A stretch of 64,000 nt of DNA from Bacteroidaceae bacterium (GCA_963603335.1 CAVCML010000052.1:5665-69664); one strand, 5' to 3'; positions 9,581 through 19,162 are shown, numbered from the stretch's first letter. Notes: generated by a model not told the origin, from the sequence alone. Program-made: numbers and translations.

Positions 9581-9874
9581 ATGCAGTTACCTATGAAAAC
9601 GAGAATATTTCAGTACGCATTAGAAAAGCAGGGTCCGTTCACAAAGTATGATGTGGAAAGAGATCTGAAAAAAGAGTATCCGGATGAACGGCTGTTTTCG
9701 CTTGCGACAATAGATGATTATCTCAATCAGCTGATGGTAGTGGGTTTTATCGGAAAGGAACAGATTGAATTCGATGCAGACGGAGAACTTCTGATTACCT
9801 TTAAGGCCACTGCCTATGGCCAGACGAGATATAAATATGTCAAGGGGAAAGGTCTGTATGGAGCTGCACAGTAA
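9581..9874 (+). CDS. Small hypothetical protein (97 aa)
   Basis: An ORF with RBS GAAAGGAG upstream. It is soluble and charged, and I recognise no motif. Confidence 0.4.
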   Translation: MQLPMKTRIFQYALEKQGPFTKYDVERDLKKEYPDERLFSLATIDDYLNQLMVVGFIGKEQIEFDADGELLITFKATAYGQTRYKYVKGKGLYGAAQ

Positions 9875-9892
9875 AAAAGTTTATAAAACCAC

Positions 9893-9921
9893 TTGACATT
9901 TTCATAACAGTATATTATTAT
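9893..9921 (+). promoter_or_regulatory. Putative sigmaA promoter of the aldehyde dehydrogenase gene
   Basis: TTGACA (9893-9898), a 17-nt spacer, then TATTAT (9916-9921). Confidence 0.55.
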
Positions 9922-9990
9922 GACTATTGTAAAAAATATTTATAAAATTATAAAATAAAAAAAGAAAAAACAAACGGGAGGGCAAAGGAT

Positions 9991-11502
9991 ATGAAGATGA
10001 TGGATGTTATTGATGAATCCACCGGAAAAGTTGTAGGAAGCGTACCTAATTATGACGGCGCTGAAATTGCAGCAATGGTTGATACAGCATTTGAAGCACA
10101 GCCGAAATGGGAAAAAGTTCCGCTTTTTGAAAGAGGTCAGATTTTATATAAGTTCTGTGATTTAGTGGATGAACACAGAGAAGAAATTGCACTGGCCATG
10201 TCAAATGATATGGGTAAACCGATTTTACAGTCCAGAGCTGAAACCACATATGCAGCAGAAATCGGAAGAGCCAATATTGAAGTAGGAAAACACATGTATG
10301 GTGAAGTGCTGCAGGACAGCAGCGAAGGCTATGAAAATCACGTGGTATTGGTAAGACACGAAGCACTTGGCGTTGTTGCCGGAGTAATTCCGTTCAATTA
10401 CCCGGTTGAATTGACAATTCAGAAAATGGTACCTGCACTGCTGATGGGTAACACGATGGTAATCAAAGCGGCAACAACTGCTCCGTGCAGCGTTAAAAAG
10501 CTGATTGATTTGGCTCACGAAGCCGGCGTGCCGAAAGAATGTCTGCACTTCATCACTGCAAGCAGAGAAGACTGCACCGAATATCTGCTGAAGAATCCTA
10601 AGATTGCATGTATTGCAATGACAGGAAGCACCGCAGGCGGTACAGAGATGATGCATGACGCAGCTCCTACAGTTAAAAAAGTCGTTCTGGAGTTGGGCGG
10701 AAACGATCCTCTGATTATTACGGAAGAAGTAGCGGATGATCCGGACCAGATGATTAAGGCAATCGAATGTCTTGGCTGGGGAAGAATCATTGAAAATAAC
10801 GGACAGGTATGTGCTTCGCCTAAGAGAACCATCGTTCACGAAAAGGCAAAGGATGCATTCGTACAGTGTCTGCTGAAATTCCTTGAAGGACTGAAGAGAG
10901 GACATGCGACCGACCCTAGCGCAGAACTGACAAGACTGGTTTCAACAAAAGCAGCAGAGAGAGTTGAAGCACAGATCCAGCATACGGTTGATCAGGGTGC
11001 CAAAATTATCTACGGCGGAAAGAGAAACGGATGCATTATGGATGTTACAGTCCTGGATAATGTTACAAAGGATATGGATGTTGCCAAGGATATGGAAATC
11101 TTCGGACCTGTAGTTCCAATCATTACATTCAAGACGGATGAGGAAGCGGTAGCAATCGCAAACCAGAGCAAATACGGACTCAGCGCATCTGTTATAACGC
11201 AGGATCTGAAGAAGGCATGGTATTACACAGAGAATATCGAATCCTCAGCTGTATGGGTAAACGGTTCCAGTGCTCTGAGACATAACGATCAGCCGTTTGG
11301 CGGATGCAAGGGAACAGGAATCGGTAATGAAGGCGCCGGCTATTCATGTGCAGAATTTACAAGATTAAAGACTTATGGATTCTGTGATGTATCTCCGAAG
11401 GAAAATTTATATAAGCATGAGGACGGAATGGGAGATTTCCTTGCGTTCGACAGATACACCTCAGAGGTTAGAAAGCTTGCGGAAAGTATCATAAAAAAGT
11501 AA
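9991..11502 (+). CDS. NAD(P)-dependent aldehyde dehydrogenase
   Basis: 503 aa. ALDH motifs LELGGNDP (catalytic Glu), NNGQVCASPKR (catalytic Cys) and PFGGCKGTGIGNEG. Confidence 0.9.
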   Translation: MKMMDVIDESTGKVVGSVPNYDGAEIAAMVDTAFEAQPKWEKVPLFERGQILYKFCDLVDEHREEIALAMSNDMGKPILQSRAETTYAAEIGRANIEVGKHMYGEVLQDSSEGYENHVVLVRHEALGVVAGVIPFNYPVELTIQKMVPALLMGNTMVIKAATTAPCSVKKLIDLAHEAGVPKECLHFITASREDCTEYLLKNPKIACIAMTGSTAGGTEMMHDAAPTVKKVVLELGGNDPLIITEEVADDPDQMIKAIECLGWGRIIENNGQVCASPKRTIVHEKAKDAFVQCLLKFLEGLKRGHATDPSAELTRLVSTKAAERVEAQIQHTVDQGAKIIYGGKRNGCIMDVTVLDNVTKDMDVAKDMEIFGPVVPIITFKTDEEAVAIANQSKYGLSASVITQDLKKAWYYTENIESSAVWVNGSSALRHNDQPFGGCKGTGIGNEGAGYSCAEFTRLKTYGFCDVSPKENLYKHEDGMGDFLAFDRYTSEVRKLAESIIKK

Positions 11503-11643
11503 TAAAAAGTAACGAATAAGTAAGTAATAAGTAATAAGTGTTGGGAAGTGAACTGCAGAATGAATCCTCCTAATACAAAGATCATTGATAATGCCGAATA
11601 GTAAAATAAATGTAAACTAATAACAATGCAGTTCATGAAGAAA

Positions 11644-11666
11644 AGCCCGGTTTAAGCCGGGCTTTT
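11644..11666 (+). terminator. Rho-independent terminator after the ALDH gene
   Basis: Stem AGCCCGG / CCGGGCT with a 6-nt loop, flanked by AAA and TTT. Confidence 0.65.
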
Positions 11667-11688
11667 CGCAACAAAGGAGATGAAACAT

Positions 11689-12240
11689 ATGAGTAAAAAA
11701 ATTCTTGTATTAAAAGGAAGCCCTCGTAAGAACGGAAACAGCGATATGATGGCGGATGCATGGATTAAAGGCGCGGAAACAAACGGACATCAGGTCAAGG
11801 TAATTCGAACTGCGGATTGTAATCTGAGCGGATGCAGAGCATGCAACGGCTGCTGGAATTCCGGAGGAAACTGCGTGATAAAGGATGATATGACCGAGAT
11901 AGAGAAGGCTTTGGAAGAAGCAAATGTGCTGGTAGTGGCATCGCCGTTATACTGGTCGATGGTTCCTTCCGAGCTGAAAGCCGTTTTTGACCGCATATAT
12001 CAGTATGATCCTCAGAACGGCGGAAAACATCTTGCGATTGAAGATGCAGTGTTATTATCCTGCGGAGAAACAGAATCCGAAGAAGATTTTGACATGATAA
12101 AAAAGTTTTTCGCCGGAGCTGTGGAATTCAACGGCATGAAGGTTAAACAGGTACTGATCGCTCCGAATATAAATCACAAAGGCGATATAACAGGGAGTGC
12201 TTATTTGAAAAAAGCGGAAGAACTGGGGCTTGAAATTTAA
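11689..12240 (+). CDS. Flavodoxin-fold NAD(P)H-dependent FMN reductase-like protein
   Basis: KILVLKGSPRKNGNS and ASPLYW motifs. I chose the start at 11689 (9 nt after AGGAG) rather than the ATG at 11680. Confidence 0.65.
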   Translation: MSKKILVLKGSPRKNGNSDMMADAWIKGAETNGHQVKVIRTADCNLSGCRACNGCWNSGGNCVIKDDMTEIEKALEEANVLVVASPLYWSMVPSELKAVFDRIYQYDPQNGGKHLAIEDAVLLSCGETESEEDFDMIKKFFAGAVEFNGMKVKQVLIAPNINHKGDITGSAYLKKAEELGLEI

Positions 12241-12285
12241 AGAAGTTTTAAATGAATGAGTGTGATGAGACAAGGAGAGTGCATC

Positions 12286-13320
12286 ATGAAATACATTACA
12301 TTAAATGAAAATAAGCCTTTTGATATCATTTTCTTAGGCAGAGTAACCATTGATTTCAATCCGGCTTACAGCGAGTCCGTCAAAGAAGAATTCAAACCGT
12401 TAAAAGATGTCCACTATTTCGAGAAATTTGTGGGCGGATCACCGGCGAACACTGCGGTAGGAGTCACAAAACACGGATTAAAGGCCGGTTTTTTAGGAAA
12501 GGTTTCGGATGATGCCTTTGGAGATTACGTTGCAGAGTATCTTGAAGGCAGGGGAATAGATACCTCTCATGTCAGCCGGTGTACTCATGGCGAGAAGCTT
12601 GGCCTTACATTTACCGAAATGCTTTCATCCAAAGAGAGCCATATTCTGATGTACAGAAACATGGCGGCGGATTTGCAGCTTAGCGTGGATGATATCGATG
12701 AAGATTATATTAAATCGACAAAAGCGATTTTGGTATCAGGTACCGCTCTGGCAGAGAGCCCATCGAGGGAAGCTGTTTTGAAGGCGGTAATGCTGGCGAA
12801 AAAGAACGATACGGCGATTATTTTTGATATCGACTATCGTGAATACAACTGGAAGAACAAGGACGAGATTTCGATTTATTATTCCATGGTCGCAAAAGAA
12901 GCGGATATCATCATGGGATCGCGTGAGGAGTTCGACTTGACGGAGCGGCTGATTCAGGAAGGCATGACCGATAAGGAGAGTGCTGCGTACTGGCACGGCT
13001 GCCGCGCTAAAATTGTAGTGATAAAGCATGGGATGAAAGGATCTGCGGCATATACCGCGGACGGAGAAGTCTATCGGATCAAGCCGTTCCCGGTGGAAGC
13101 CAGAAAAGGCTTCGGCGGAGGCGACGGATACAGCTCGGGATTTTTATATGGAATCTATCAGGGATGGGATTTGATAGATTGTCTTGAATTCGGAAGTGCG
13201 GAAGCATCTATGATGGTGAGGAGCAATAATTGCTCGGATGCTTTGCCGGATACAGAAGAAGTGAAAGCATTTATTCAGAAAGAAAAAGAAATGTATGGAG
13301 AGATGGTTGCAAAAGTCTGA
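12286..13320 (+). CDS. iolC: PfkB-family sugar-acid kinase, 5-dehydro-2-deoxygluconokinase (IolC)-like
   Basis: 344 aa from the ATG at 12286 (RBS AAGGAG). By recollection it closely resembles B. subtilis IolC, including VGGSPAN, LVSGTALAESPSREAVLKAV and GGGDGYSSGFLYG. Confidence 0.75.
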   Translation: MKYITLNENKPFDIIFLGRVTIDFNPAYSESVKEEFKPLKDVHYFEKFVGGSPANTAVGVTKHGLKAGFLGKVSDDAFGDYVAEYLEGRGIDTSHVSRCTHGEKLGLTFTEMLSSKESHILMYRNMAADLQLSVDDIDEDYIKSTKAILVSGTALAESPSREAVLKAVMLAKKNDTAIIFDIDYREYNWKNKDEISIYYSMVAKEADIIMGSREEFDLTERLIQEGMTDKESAAYWHGCRAKIVVIKHGMKGSAAYTADGEVYRIKPFPVEARKGFGGGDGYSSGFLYGIYQGWDLIDCLEFGSAEASMMVRSNNCSDALPDTEEVKAFIQKEKEMYGEMVAKV

Positions 13321-13346
13321 GAGATTTTAAGGAGGGAGACGGTAAA

Positions 13347-14186
13347 GTGTCACTTGTGAAAATGGGAGAATTGCTGAAACGTGCTGAAACGGGTCAATAT
13401 GGCTGCGGAGCATTCAACGTAGGCAATATGGAAATGGTAAGAGGTGTAATACGGGCGGCAGAAGAATTGAATACTCCTGTTATTATGCAGATTGCAGAGA
13501 TCAGACTGCCGTATGCTCCGCTGGAGTTGATGGGACCGATGATGGTGGAAGCTGCAGAGAGAGCGTCTGTGGATGTTGCGGTTCATCTGGATCACGGGAA
13601 ATCACTTGAAGTAATACGCGAGGCGTTGGAGTATGGATTTACATCTGTAATGTTCGATGGCTCAAGCCTGTCTTTGGAAGAAAACATTGAGAAGACCGGA
13701 GAGATCAGAGAATTGGCAGCATTATACGGCGCAGATACCGAAGGAGAACTGGGAGTCGTCGGAGGAAGTGAAGGCGGCGGAAAAGGTGCGGAAATCAAAT
13801 ATACGAATCCTGCGGATGCGGTGACATTCTGCCGGGAAACCGGAATTGATGCCCTGGCTGTGGCGATAGGCAATGCACATGGAATTTACAGGGAAGATCC
13901 CAAACTGAATTTTGATGTCCTAGGTGAAATTAATCGCCGGACGGATACACCGCTGGTTCTCCACGGAGGGTCGGGAATCAGTGATTCGGATTATATTCGG
14001 GCGATTTCATTCGGGATACGAAAAATCAATGTTGCGACGGCTAATTTCAATGCCGTGGCAGATGGTGTTAAAGAGTATGCGGACGGCGAAGAAAAACTCG
14101 ATTTCTTCCGCCTCAATGAACGAATTACGAATTGTGTAGCTGAAAATGTAAAGAGATATATTAATGTGTTCCGTGGTGAGCTCTAA
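13347..14186 (+). CDS. Class II (metal-dependent) ketose-bisphosphate aldolase, IolJ/FbaA/tagatose-bisphosphate aldolase family
   Basis: Motifs YGCGAFNV, VHLDHG, LVLHGGSG and KINVATA. A GTG start at 13347 follows AGGAGG; an ATG at 13362 is an alternative. Confidence 0.8.
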   Translation: MSLVKMGELLKRAETGQYGCGAFNVGNMEMVRGVIRAAEELNTPVIMQIAEIRLPYAPLELMGPMMVEAAERASVDVAVHLDHGKSLEVIREALEYGFTSVMFDGSSLSLEENIEKTGEIRELAALYGADTEGELGVVGGSEGGGKGAEIKYTNPADAVTFCRETGIDALAVAIGNAHGIYREDPKLNFDVLGEINRRTDTPLVLHGGSGISDSDYIRAISFGIRKINVATANFNAVADGVKEYADGEEKLDFFRLNERITNCVAENVKRYINVFRGEL

Positions 14187-14229
14187 ATATATGTATGTAC
14201 GAAATGGTGTATATGCGAGAGCAGAAATA

Positions 14230-14256
14230 AAAGGCGAATGCATTGCGCATTCGCCT
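14230..14256. terminator. Bidirectional hairpin terminator
   Basis: Perfect 12-bp stem AAAGGCGAATGC / GCATTCGCCTTT with a 3-nt loop, between convergent transcription units. Confidence 0.75.
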
Positions 14257-14315
14257 TTAACGTCATTTGAAAAATCAGGAGCGATTTTCATTTCACTTTG
14301 CTGTCGCCAAAATCA

Positions 14316-14456
14316 TTACTTGTTGAAAATCATTTCAAAAAACTCTTTGAATGTGATTGGCTCCTGAAATGCATTCTGCATGACATAAGCCGCAAGTCCG
14401 GCTGTCGATAAAATCAGCAGAAATATGAATAATATCGTTCCGAAAAATTTTCTCAT
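14316..14456 (-). CDS. Possible 46-aa single-pass membrane peptide (below the ORF-track cutoff)
   Basis: I translated it manually as MRKFFGTILFIFLLILSTAGLAAYVMQNAFQEPITFKEFFEMIFNK. RBS AAGAGGA lies upstream. It sits 24 nt downstream of the permease gene on the same strand. Confidence 0.35.
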   Translation of the reverse strand: MRKFFGTILFIFLLILSTAGLAAYVMQNAFQEPITFKEFFEMIFNK

Positions 14457-14480
14457 GATGAATCCTCTTAATCTGTTGTA

Positions 14481-16040
14481 TTAAACAATCCAAGCGATTA
14501 CGAACAGCAGAATACCTACGGCAGCAGCGCAGTAAGCACCGATTCTCCAAGCTTTGTACTGTTTGTCAAGTTTAACCTTTTCTTCAGCAGTAGGCTCAGC
14601 AGTAGCAAGTGCAAGTGCTTCTACATCGATAGCTTCCTGCGGAATAGGTCTCTTGCGAACGAAGATTACATAGTACAGGATTGCCAGTATATCCCAAACA
14701 ATGTTGTACCAAACAGCAACCGGATCGTATGCCAGAATCAGCAGAATAGCAAACATGATGATACTGAACCATGCACCGAATGTACCGGCAGGGCACTTCC
14801 AAGGTCTCTTGAGATCAGGTTCTTTTTTACGCAGACCCAGGAAGGAAAGGAATCCGATGATATATGCCTGAATCTGGTTGTAGGAACACATCATTGCAAC
14901 GATTTTAATCGATCCGGACAGGATGAAGAAAATACCCAGGATTCCGCAAAGTACAACTGCGCGGTGAGGGCTCTTGTATTTCGGGTGTACTTTTCCAAAG
15001 TATTTCGGGAAGTTTCCGTCTTCTGCCATGATGTACATATAACGAGCAGGTCCTGCGATACAAGGGTTCATAGTGGAGAAATCTCCTCCCAATGTGATAC
15101 CCAAACACAGAATAATCAGCGGCAGACCTACAATTCCCGCGTATTGCATAGCCTCTGCATACGGAGCTGCGGAAGTGTACAGGTCAGGAACGTGCTGAGC
15201 CGGAGTCAGTGCGCACAGGAACCACTGGAAAAGCAGGTTAACTGCCAGTACGCAGAACGGTGAAATCAGCAGAGCTCTAGGAATAGTCAGCTGAGGGAAC
15301 TTTACTTCAGAACCCATGCCGACGATTGTTTCGTATCCGAAGAAGCACCACAGTACAAGCAGTACAGCCTGAGCAAATGCGTTAACACCGGCAGGGATAC
15401 CTACGCCGGCAACCATTTCAGTAACTCCGGAGAAGTCCGCCTTTGCGATAACTGTTGCGAACCATACCAGAGAACAAGCCCAGAAGAAGAACATGAAGAA
15501 GTTCTGTGTTTTACCATTAACTTCTATTCCTCTGTAAGAAATTACTGTGAACAGAACGAATAAAGCGATAGCAGGGAGAACCTTCCACAGAAATACATCT
15601 GTAGGGACAGCACCCTGGAAATAGTCAATCAGAGAATAGTCGTTGCTGTCAACAGGAACGTTGAACCCCAGAGCGTTAAGCAGTCTTACGAAGTAGTTGG
15701 AGAATGCCATTGCTTCGGAAGCGCCGATACCAACCTGAGCCAGAGTGTAGTTCCAGCTTTCAAATACAGCTATAGGATAGTTGAGTCCTCGTTTTGCGAA
15801 GGAGTAAGTACCTCCTGCAAGCGGCAGTGCAGCGCCCATTTCGCCGTACATAGCGCACGGGAAGAGAATCAGAACGAATGAAATCAGGGACGCAAGGATT
15901 ACCGTGCCGCCCATAAGGCCGACAATCTGCGAACCAACTGTGAACAGACCTACGCCGATAACAGCCCCGGCTGTCGTAGTGACGCATTCTGCAAGCCCCA
16001 ACGACCTGTTCAGCGTTTGGGCTTTTGCATTGTTTTCCAT
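14481..16040 (-). CDS. APC-superfamily amino acid/polyamine permease
   Basis: 519 aa, about 12-14 TM helices, with a typical N-terminal LGLAECVTTTAGAVIGVGLF segment. Confidence 0.8.
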   Translation of the reverse strand: MENNAKAQTLNRSLGLAECVTTTAGAVIGVGLFTVGSQIVGLMGGTVILASLISFVLILFPCAMYGEMGAALPLAGGTYSFAKRGLNYPIAVFESWNYTLAQVGIGASEAMAFSNYFVRLLNALGFNVPVDSNDYSLIDYFQGAVPTDVFLWKVLPAIALFVLFTVISYRGIEVNGKTQNFFMFFFWACSLVWFATVIAKADFSGVTEMVAGVGIPAGVNAFAQAVLLVLWCFFGYETIVGMGSEVKFPQLTIPRALLISPFCVLAVNLLFQWFLCALTPAQHVPDLYTSAAPYAEAMQYAGIVGLPLIILCLGITLGGDFSTMNPCIAGPARYMYIMAEDGNFPKYFGKVHPKYKSPHRAVVLCGILGIFFILSGSIKIVAMMCSYNQIQAYIIGFLSFLGLRKKEPDLKRPWKCPAGTFGAWFSIIMFAILLILAYDPVAVWYNIVWDILAILYYVIFVRKRPIPQEAIDVEALALATAEPTAEEKVKLDKQYKAWRIGAYCAAAVGILLFVIAWIV

Positions 16041-16104
16041 AAAAAAACCTCCTTTGGAATAGTAAAGTAATAATGAATATAATAAATAAACTAATTATAT
16101 TGCC

Positions 16105-16476
16105 TTAATCATGCTGCTCGGAATCTGTTTTCTCCTCGGAGGCCGTTTCGTGCAGAGCTTCTTCCGCGGCACGTTTCATACGGCGCTGTTTATAATAAGG
16201 AAACAAAAAAACGAGCGTAGCGATATTGAAGGTCAGCCACATCCTGAGACAAAAGGCTGCGAGTCCTTCGTACTGTCCGGCATCCGATACGATTAAAGGG
16301 CGGAATGCCAGTATTGTTGATGCGATAAAGCAGATTGCAGGAAGTACGAGCCCTGCCCAGGGATTCTGCTTTTCACACAACGATTTTTGGAGACTTATAA
16401 TAAAGTACATTGCAATCAGTGCTGTAGGAAGCACGATGACCATTTTATCGGGATCCATGGATTGTAATATCTGCAT
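16105..16476 (-). CDS. Hypothetical membrane protein (123 aa)
   Basis: Three hydrophobic helices and an acidic C-terminal tail. It is on the same strand as, and upstream of, the permease gene. Confidence 0.45.
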   Translation of the reverse strand: MQILQSMDPDKMVIVLPTALIAMYFIISLQKSLCEKQNPWAGLVLPAICFIASTILAFRPLIVSDAGQYEGLAAFCLRMWLTFNIATLVFLFPYYKQRRMKRAAEEALHETASEEKTDSEQHD

Positions 16477-16626
16477 AAAAAGTAATCCTCCTACATTTCT
16501 AAATTATTGTATTCTTTTTGATACGTAAAAAATAGGAAAAAACAGAAGTTGACAGAACTAGTTACAAGATATATTATAAATGTGACAAAACTAATAGTTC
16601 TGATTTTTACCAAAGAGGAAGTTGAG

Positions 16627-17511
16627 ATGTCATTTGTCATAAGCAGAAAGCAGTATTTGGCGCCGAATGAGCCGAGAGCGCAATATGAACCATTGATTTT
16701 CGAGGAAGAAGATTTTGAGGTTAAAAAAATAGATGTAACATTCGGGCATCCGTTGTATACGACGGTAGCGGATATTTTTTATATTCGTTCCGATGCGGAT
16801 ACGACCCGAGTGCTTCCGATAGTACCGGACGGATGTATGGCGCTGGTTTTCTGCGGAAATCGAGAGAAAGAAAATATACGTGCATATATCTGCGGTGTTA
16901 CGGATGAAATAAAAAAAATGAAGATTGAACCGGATGAATATTATATATTCATTCGTTTTCTGCCGGGCATCGGACATGCCCTTTTAGATCAGCCGGCGAA
17001 CAGACTGACCAATAAAGCGATACCGTTAAAGGGTCATCTGGCCGGAGGAGATCAGATTATTTCCATCCTGGAGCGTGAAACCCATTTGGTGGAGCGAATT
17101 CGACTGATTTCCAAGGTGATTCGCGTCAATCTTCACAGCGAATCCAATAAATACCTTATAAAATACTGTACGGAGCGCATTCTGCAGACACAGGGAAACA
17201 TCAAGGTGGAAGAACTGGCAGAGGAAAGCGGATTTACAGCAAGACATATCGGCAAGATGTTTGAACGCTGCGTAGGCATATCGCCGAAGCTGTATTCACA
17301 GATTATACGGCTGCAGCTTTCAATGACGAAAATTCTGGAGGATCGAAACATGCTTCTGGTGGACATCGCCATCGACAGCGGGTTCTTCGATCATGCGCAC
17401 ATGAATCGGATGTATAAAAAGCTGATTCATTGTTCTTCAGGTGAGTTCAGAAAGAATCTTTTCAACAGACTGGACTACAGTACAATAGATGATTACATTT
17501 CCGTTAGTTAA
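16627..17511 (+). CDS. AraC/XylS-family transcriptional regulator
   Basis: C-terminal double HTH: IKVEELAEESGFTARHIGKMFERCVGISPKLYSQIIRLQ followed by DIAIDSGFFDHAHMNRMYKK. The ATG at 16627 follows AGAGGAAG. Confidence 0.85.
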   Translation: MSFVISRKQYLAPNEPRAQYEPLIFEEEDFEVKKIDVTFGHPLYTTVADIFYIRSDADTTRVLPIVPDGCMALVFCGNREKENIRAYICGVTDEIKKMKIEPDEYYIFIRFLPGIGHALLDQPANRLTNKAIPLKGHLAGGDQIISILERETHLVERIRLISKVIRVNLHSESNKYLIKYCTERILQTQGNIKVEELAEESGFTARHIGKMFERCVGISPKLYSQIIRLQLSMTKILEDRNMLLVDIAIDSGFFDHAHMNRMYKKLIHCSSGEFRKNLFNRLDYSTIDDYISVS

Positions 17512-17531
17512 AAATAAAAAAAGAAAGGGAA

Positions 17532-19034
17532 ATGATTATGAAAAAGAAATATTATATTGGACTCGATCAAGGAACAACGGGAACAACGACATTGGTTCTG
17601 GATGAAAACTGGAATGTGGTTGCAAGAGGCTACAAGGAACACACACAGTATTATCCGAAGCCGGGATGGGTGGAACACGATCCGCAGGAGCTGTGGCAGA
17701 AGGTTATGGAATCAATGTCCATGGCGCTGGCTGAAAGCGGTGTTTCGGCTGAAGATGTGGCATGCATCGGTATCGACAATCAGGGTGAAACGGTTATGCT
17801 CTGGGATAAAGTAACGGGTGCTCCTGTCTACAATGCCATAGTATGGCAGGACAGAAGAATGGCTCGTTATGCCGATGAACTGACGACTGAGCATGGCGAG
17901 ATAATTCGCGAAAAGACGGGACTGATGGCGGACTCCTACTTCAGCGGCCTTAAAATCAAATGGATTATTGACAATGTGGAAGGCGTAAAGGAAAAAATCA
18001 GAGAAGGCAGGATTTTGGCGGGTACGTTGGATTCCTGGCTCATCTGGAAGATGACGCACGGACGGGTACACGTTACGGATTGTTCCACGGCGTCCAGAAC
18101 GATGATGTTTAATGTGCATACGGGAAAATGGGATGATGAAATCCTGGATATTCTGGGAATCAGCAAATCTATCCTGCCGGAAATCTGCGACAGTTCCATG
18201 GTATACGGATATACTGATCCGCTGGATTTCTTTGGTGCAAAGATTCCGATTTCCGGTTCGGTGGTAGACCAGCAGGCTGCTCTTTTCGGACAGGCATGCT
18301 TCAGCCCGGGAACAATTAAATGTACATACGGAACCGGCTGCTTCATGTTGATGAATACGGGAGATAAACCGGTCTATTCTGCAAACGGACTGCTGACGAC
18401 CGTTGCATGGAGACTTAATAAAAAGACTACATTTGCGCTGGATGGCGGTATTTATATCACGGGTGCCGCAACTCAGTGGCTGAGAGATGGTCTTAGAATA
18501 ATAGATAATGCTGCACAGACGGAGCAGATGGCTTACGATGCGAAATCAAACGGAGGCGTATATTTTGTACCGGCCTTTGCAGGACTTGCGGCACCGCATT
18601 GGGATTCTTACGCCAGAGGAACCATGGTTGGAATTACCGGCGGTACGACGAGAGAGCACATAGTGAGAGCTACATTGGAATCCACGGCATACCAGGTTAA
18701 GGACAATCTGGATGTTATGAATATGGATGCCAGCATGCCGATTTCGATTCTGAGAACGGACGGCGGAGCTGTTGCAAACAATTTCCTCATGCAGTTCCAG
18801 GCTGATATTCTTGGAATTCCGGTAGATGTTCCGGTAATCAAGGATACAACGCCTCTGGGTGCTGCACAGCTGGCTGCGCTTGGAATCGGAGAGTTTGATT
18901 CCATGGAGGATTTGGCAAAGCACTGGAAACTGGCGAAACGATATGAACCGAAGATGAGCGTGGATGAAAGAGAATCTCTGCTGTACAACTGGCACAGAGC
19001 AGTGGAGCGGGCTAAAAACTGGTCCGAAGAATAA
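17532..19034 (+). CDS. glpK: Glycerol kinase
   Basis: YYIGLDQGTTGTT, YPKPGWVEHDPQELW and FGQACF are hallmark GlpK/FGGY segments. The start may be at 17538 instead. Confidence 0.9.
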   Translation: MIMKKKYYIGLDQGTTGTTTLVLDENWNVVARGYKEHTQYYPKPGWVEHDPQELWQKVMESMSMALAESGVSAEDVACIGIDNQGETVMLWDKVTGAPVYNAIVWQDRRMARYADELTTEHGEIIREKTGLMADSYFSGLKIKWIIDNVEGVKEKIREGRILAGTLDSWLIWKMTHGRVHVTDCSTASRTMMFNVHTGKWDDEILDILGISKSILPEICDSSMVYGYTDPLDFFGAKIPISGSVVDQQAALFGQACFSPGTIKCTYGTGCFMLMNTGDKPVYSANGLLTTVAWRLNKKTTFALDGGIYITGAATQWLRDGLRIIDNAAQTEQMAYDAKSNGGVYFVPAFAGLAAPHWDSYARGTMVGITGGTTREHIVRATLESTAYQVKDNLDVMNMDASMPISILRTDGGAVANNFLMQFQADILGIPVDVPVIKDTTPLGAAQLAALGIGEFDSMEDLAKHWKLAKRYEPKMSVDERESLLYNWHRAVERAKNWSEE

Positions 19035-19162
19035 ACAGGATACATGCGAAGCAGGATTTGCAGAAAAAATGTGAGATACGGCAGCTGCCGTTTCAATAAG
19101 TAAAGTAAGTAAATAATATGTTGAAAGCACAAAGCATCTAATGTTTGAAAGGAAGTGTAGAG

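Noticed and set aside
9991-11502. Aldehyde dehydrogenase as IolA (malonate-semialdehyde dehydrogenase), which would complete an iol module
   Set aside because: The catalytic-Cys context NNGQVCAS looks like a generic non-acylating ALDH, not the MmsA/IolA type as I recall it. The gene also has its own promoter and terminator. The assignment is not supported without a phylogeny.
13230-13346. Long N-terminal extension of the aldolase ORF, overlapping the iolC-like gene by 91 nt
   Set aside because: The extension has no similarity to aldolase N-termini. An AGGAGG RBS precedes the GTG at 13347, and the conserved aldolase N-terminus (ELLKRAETGQYGCGAFNV) begins right after it.
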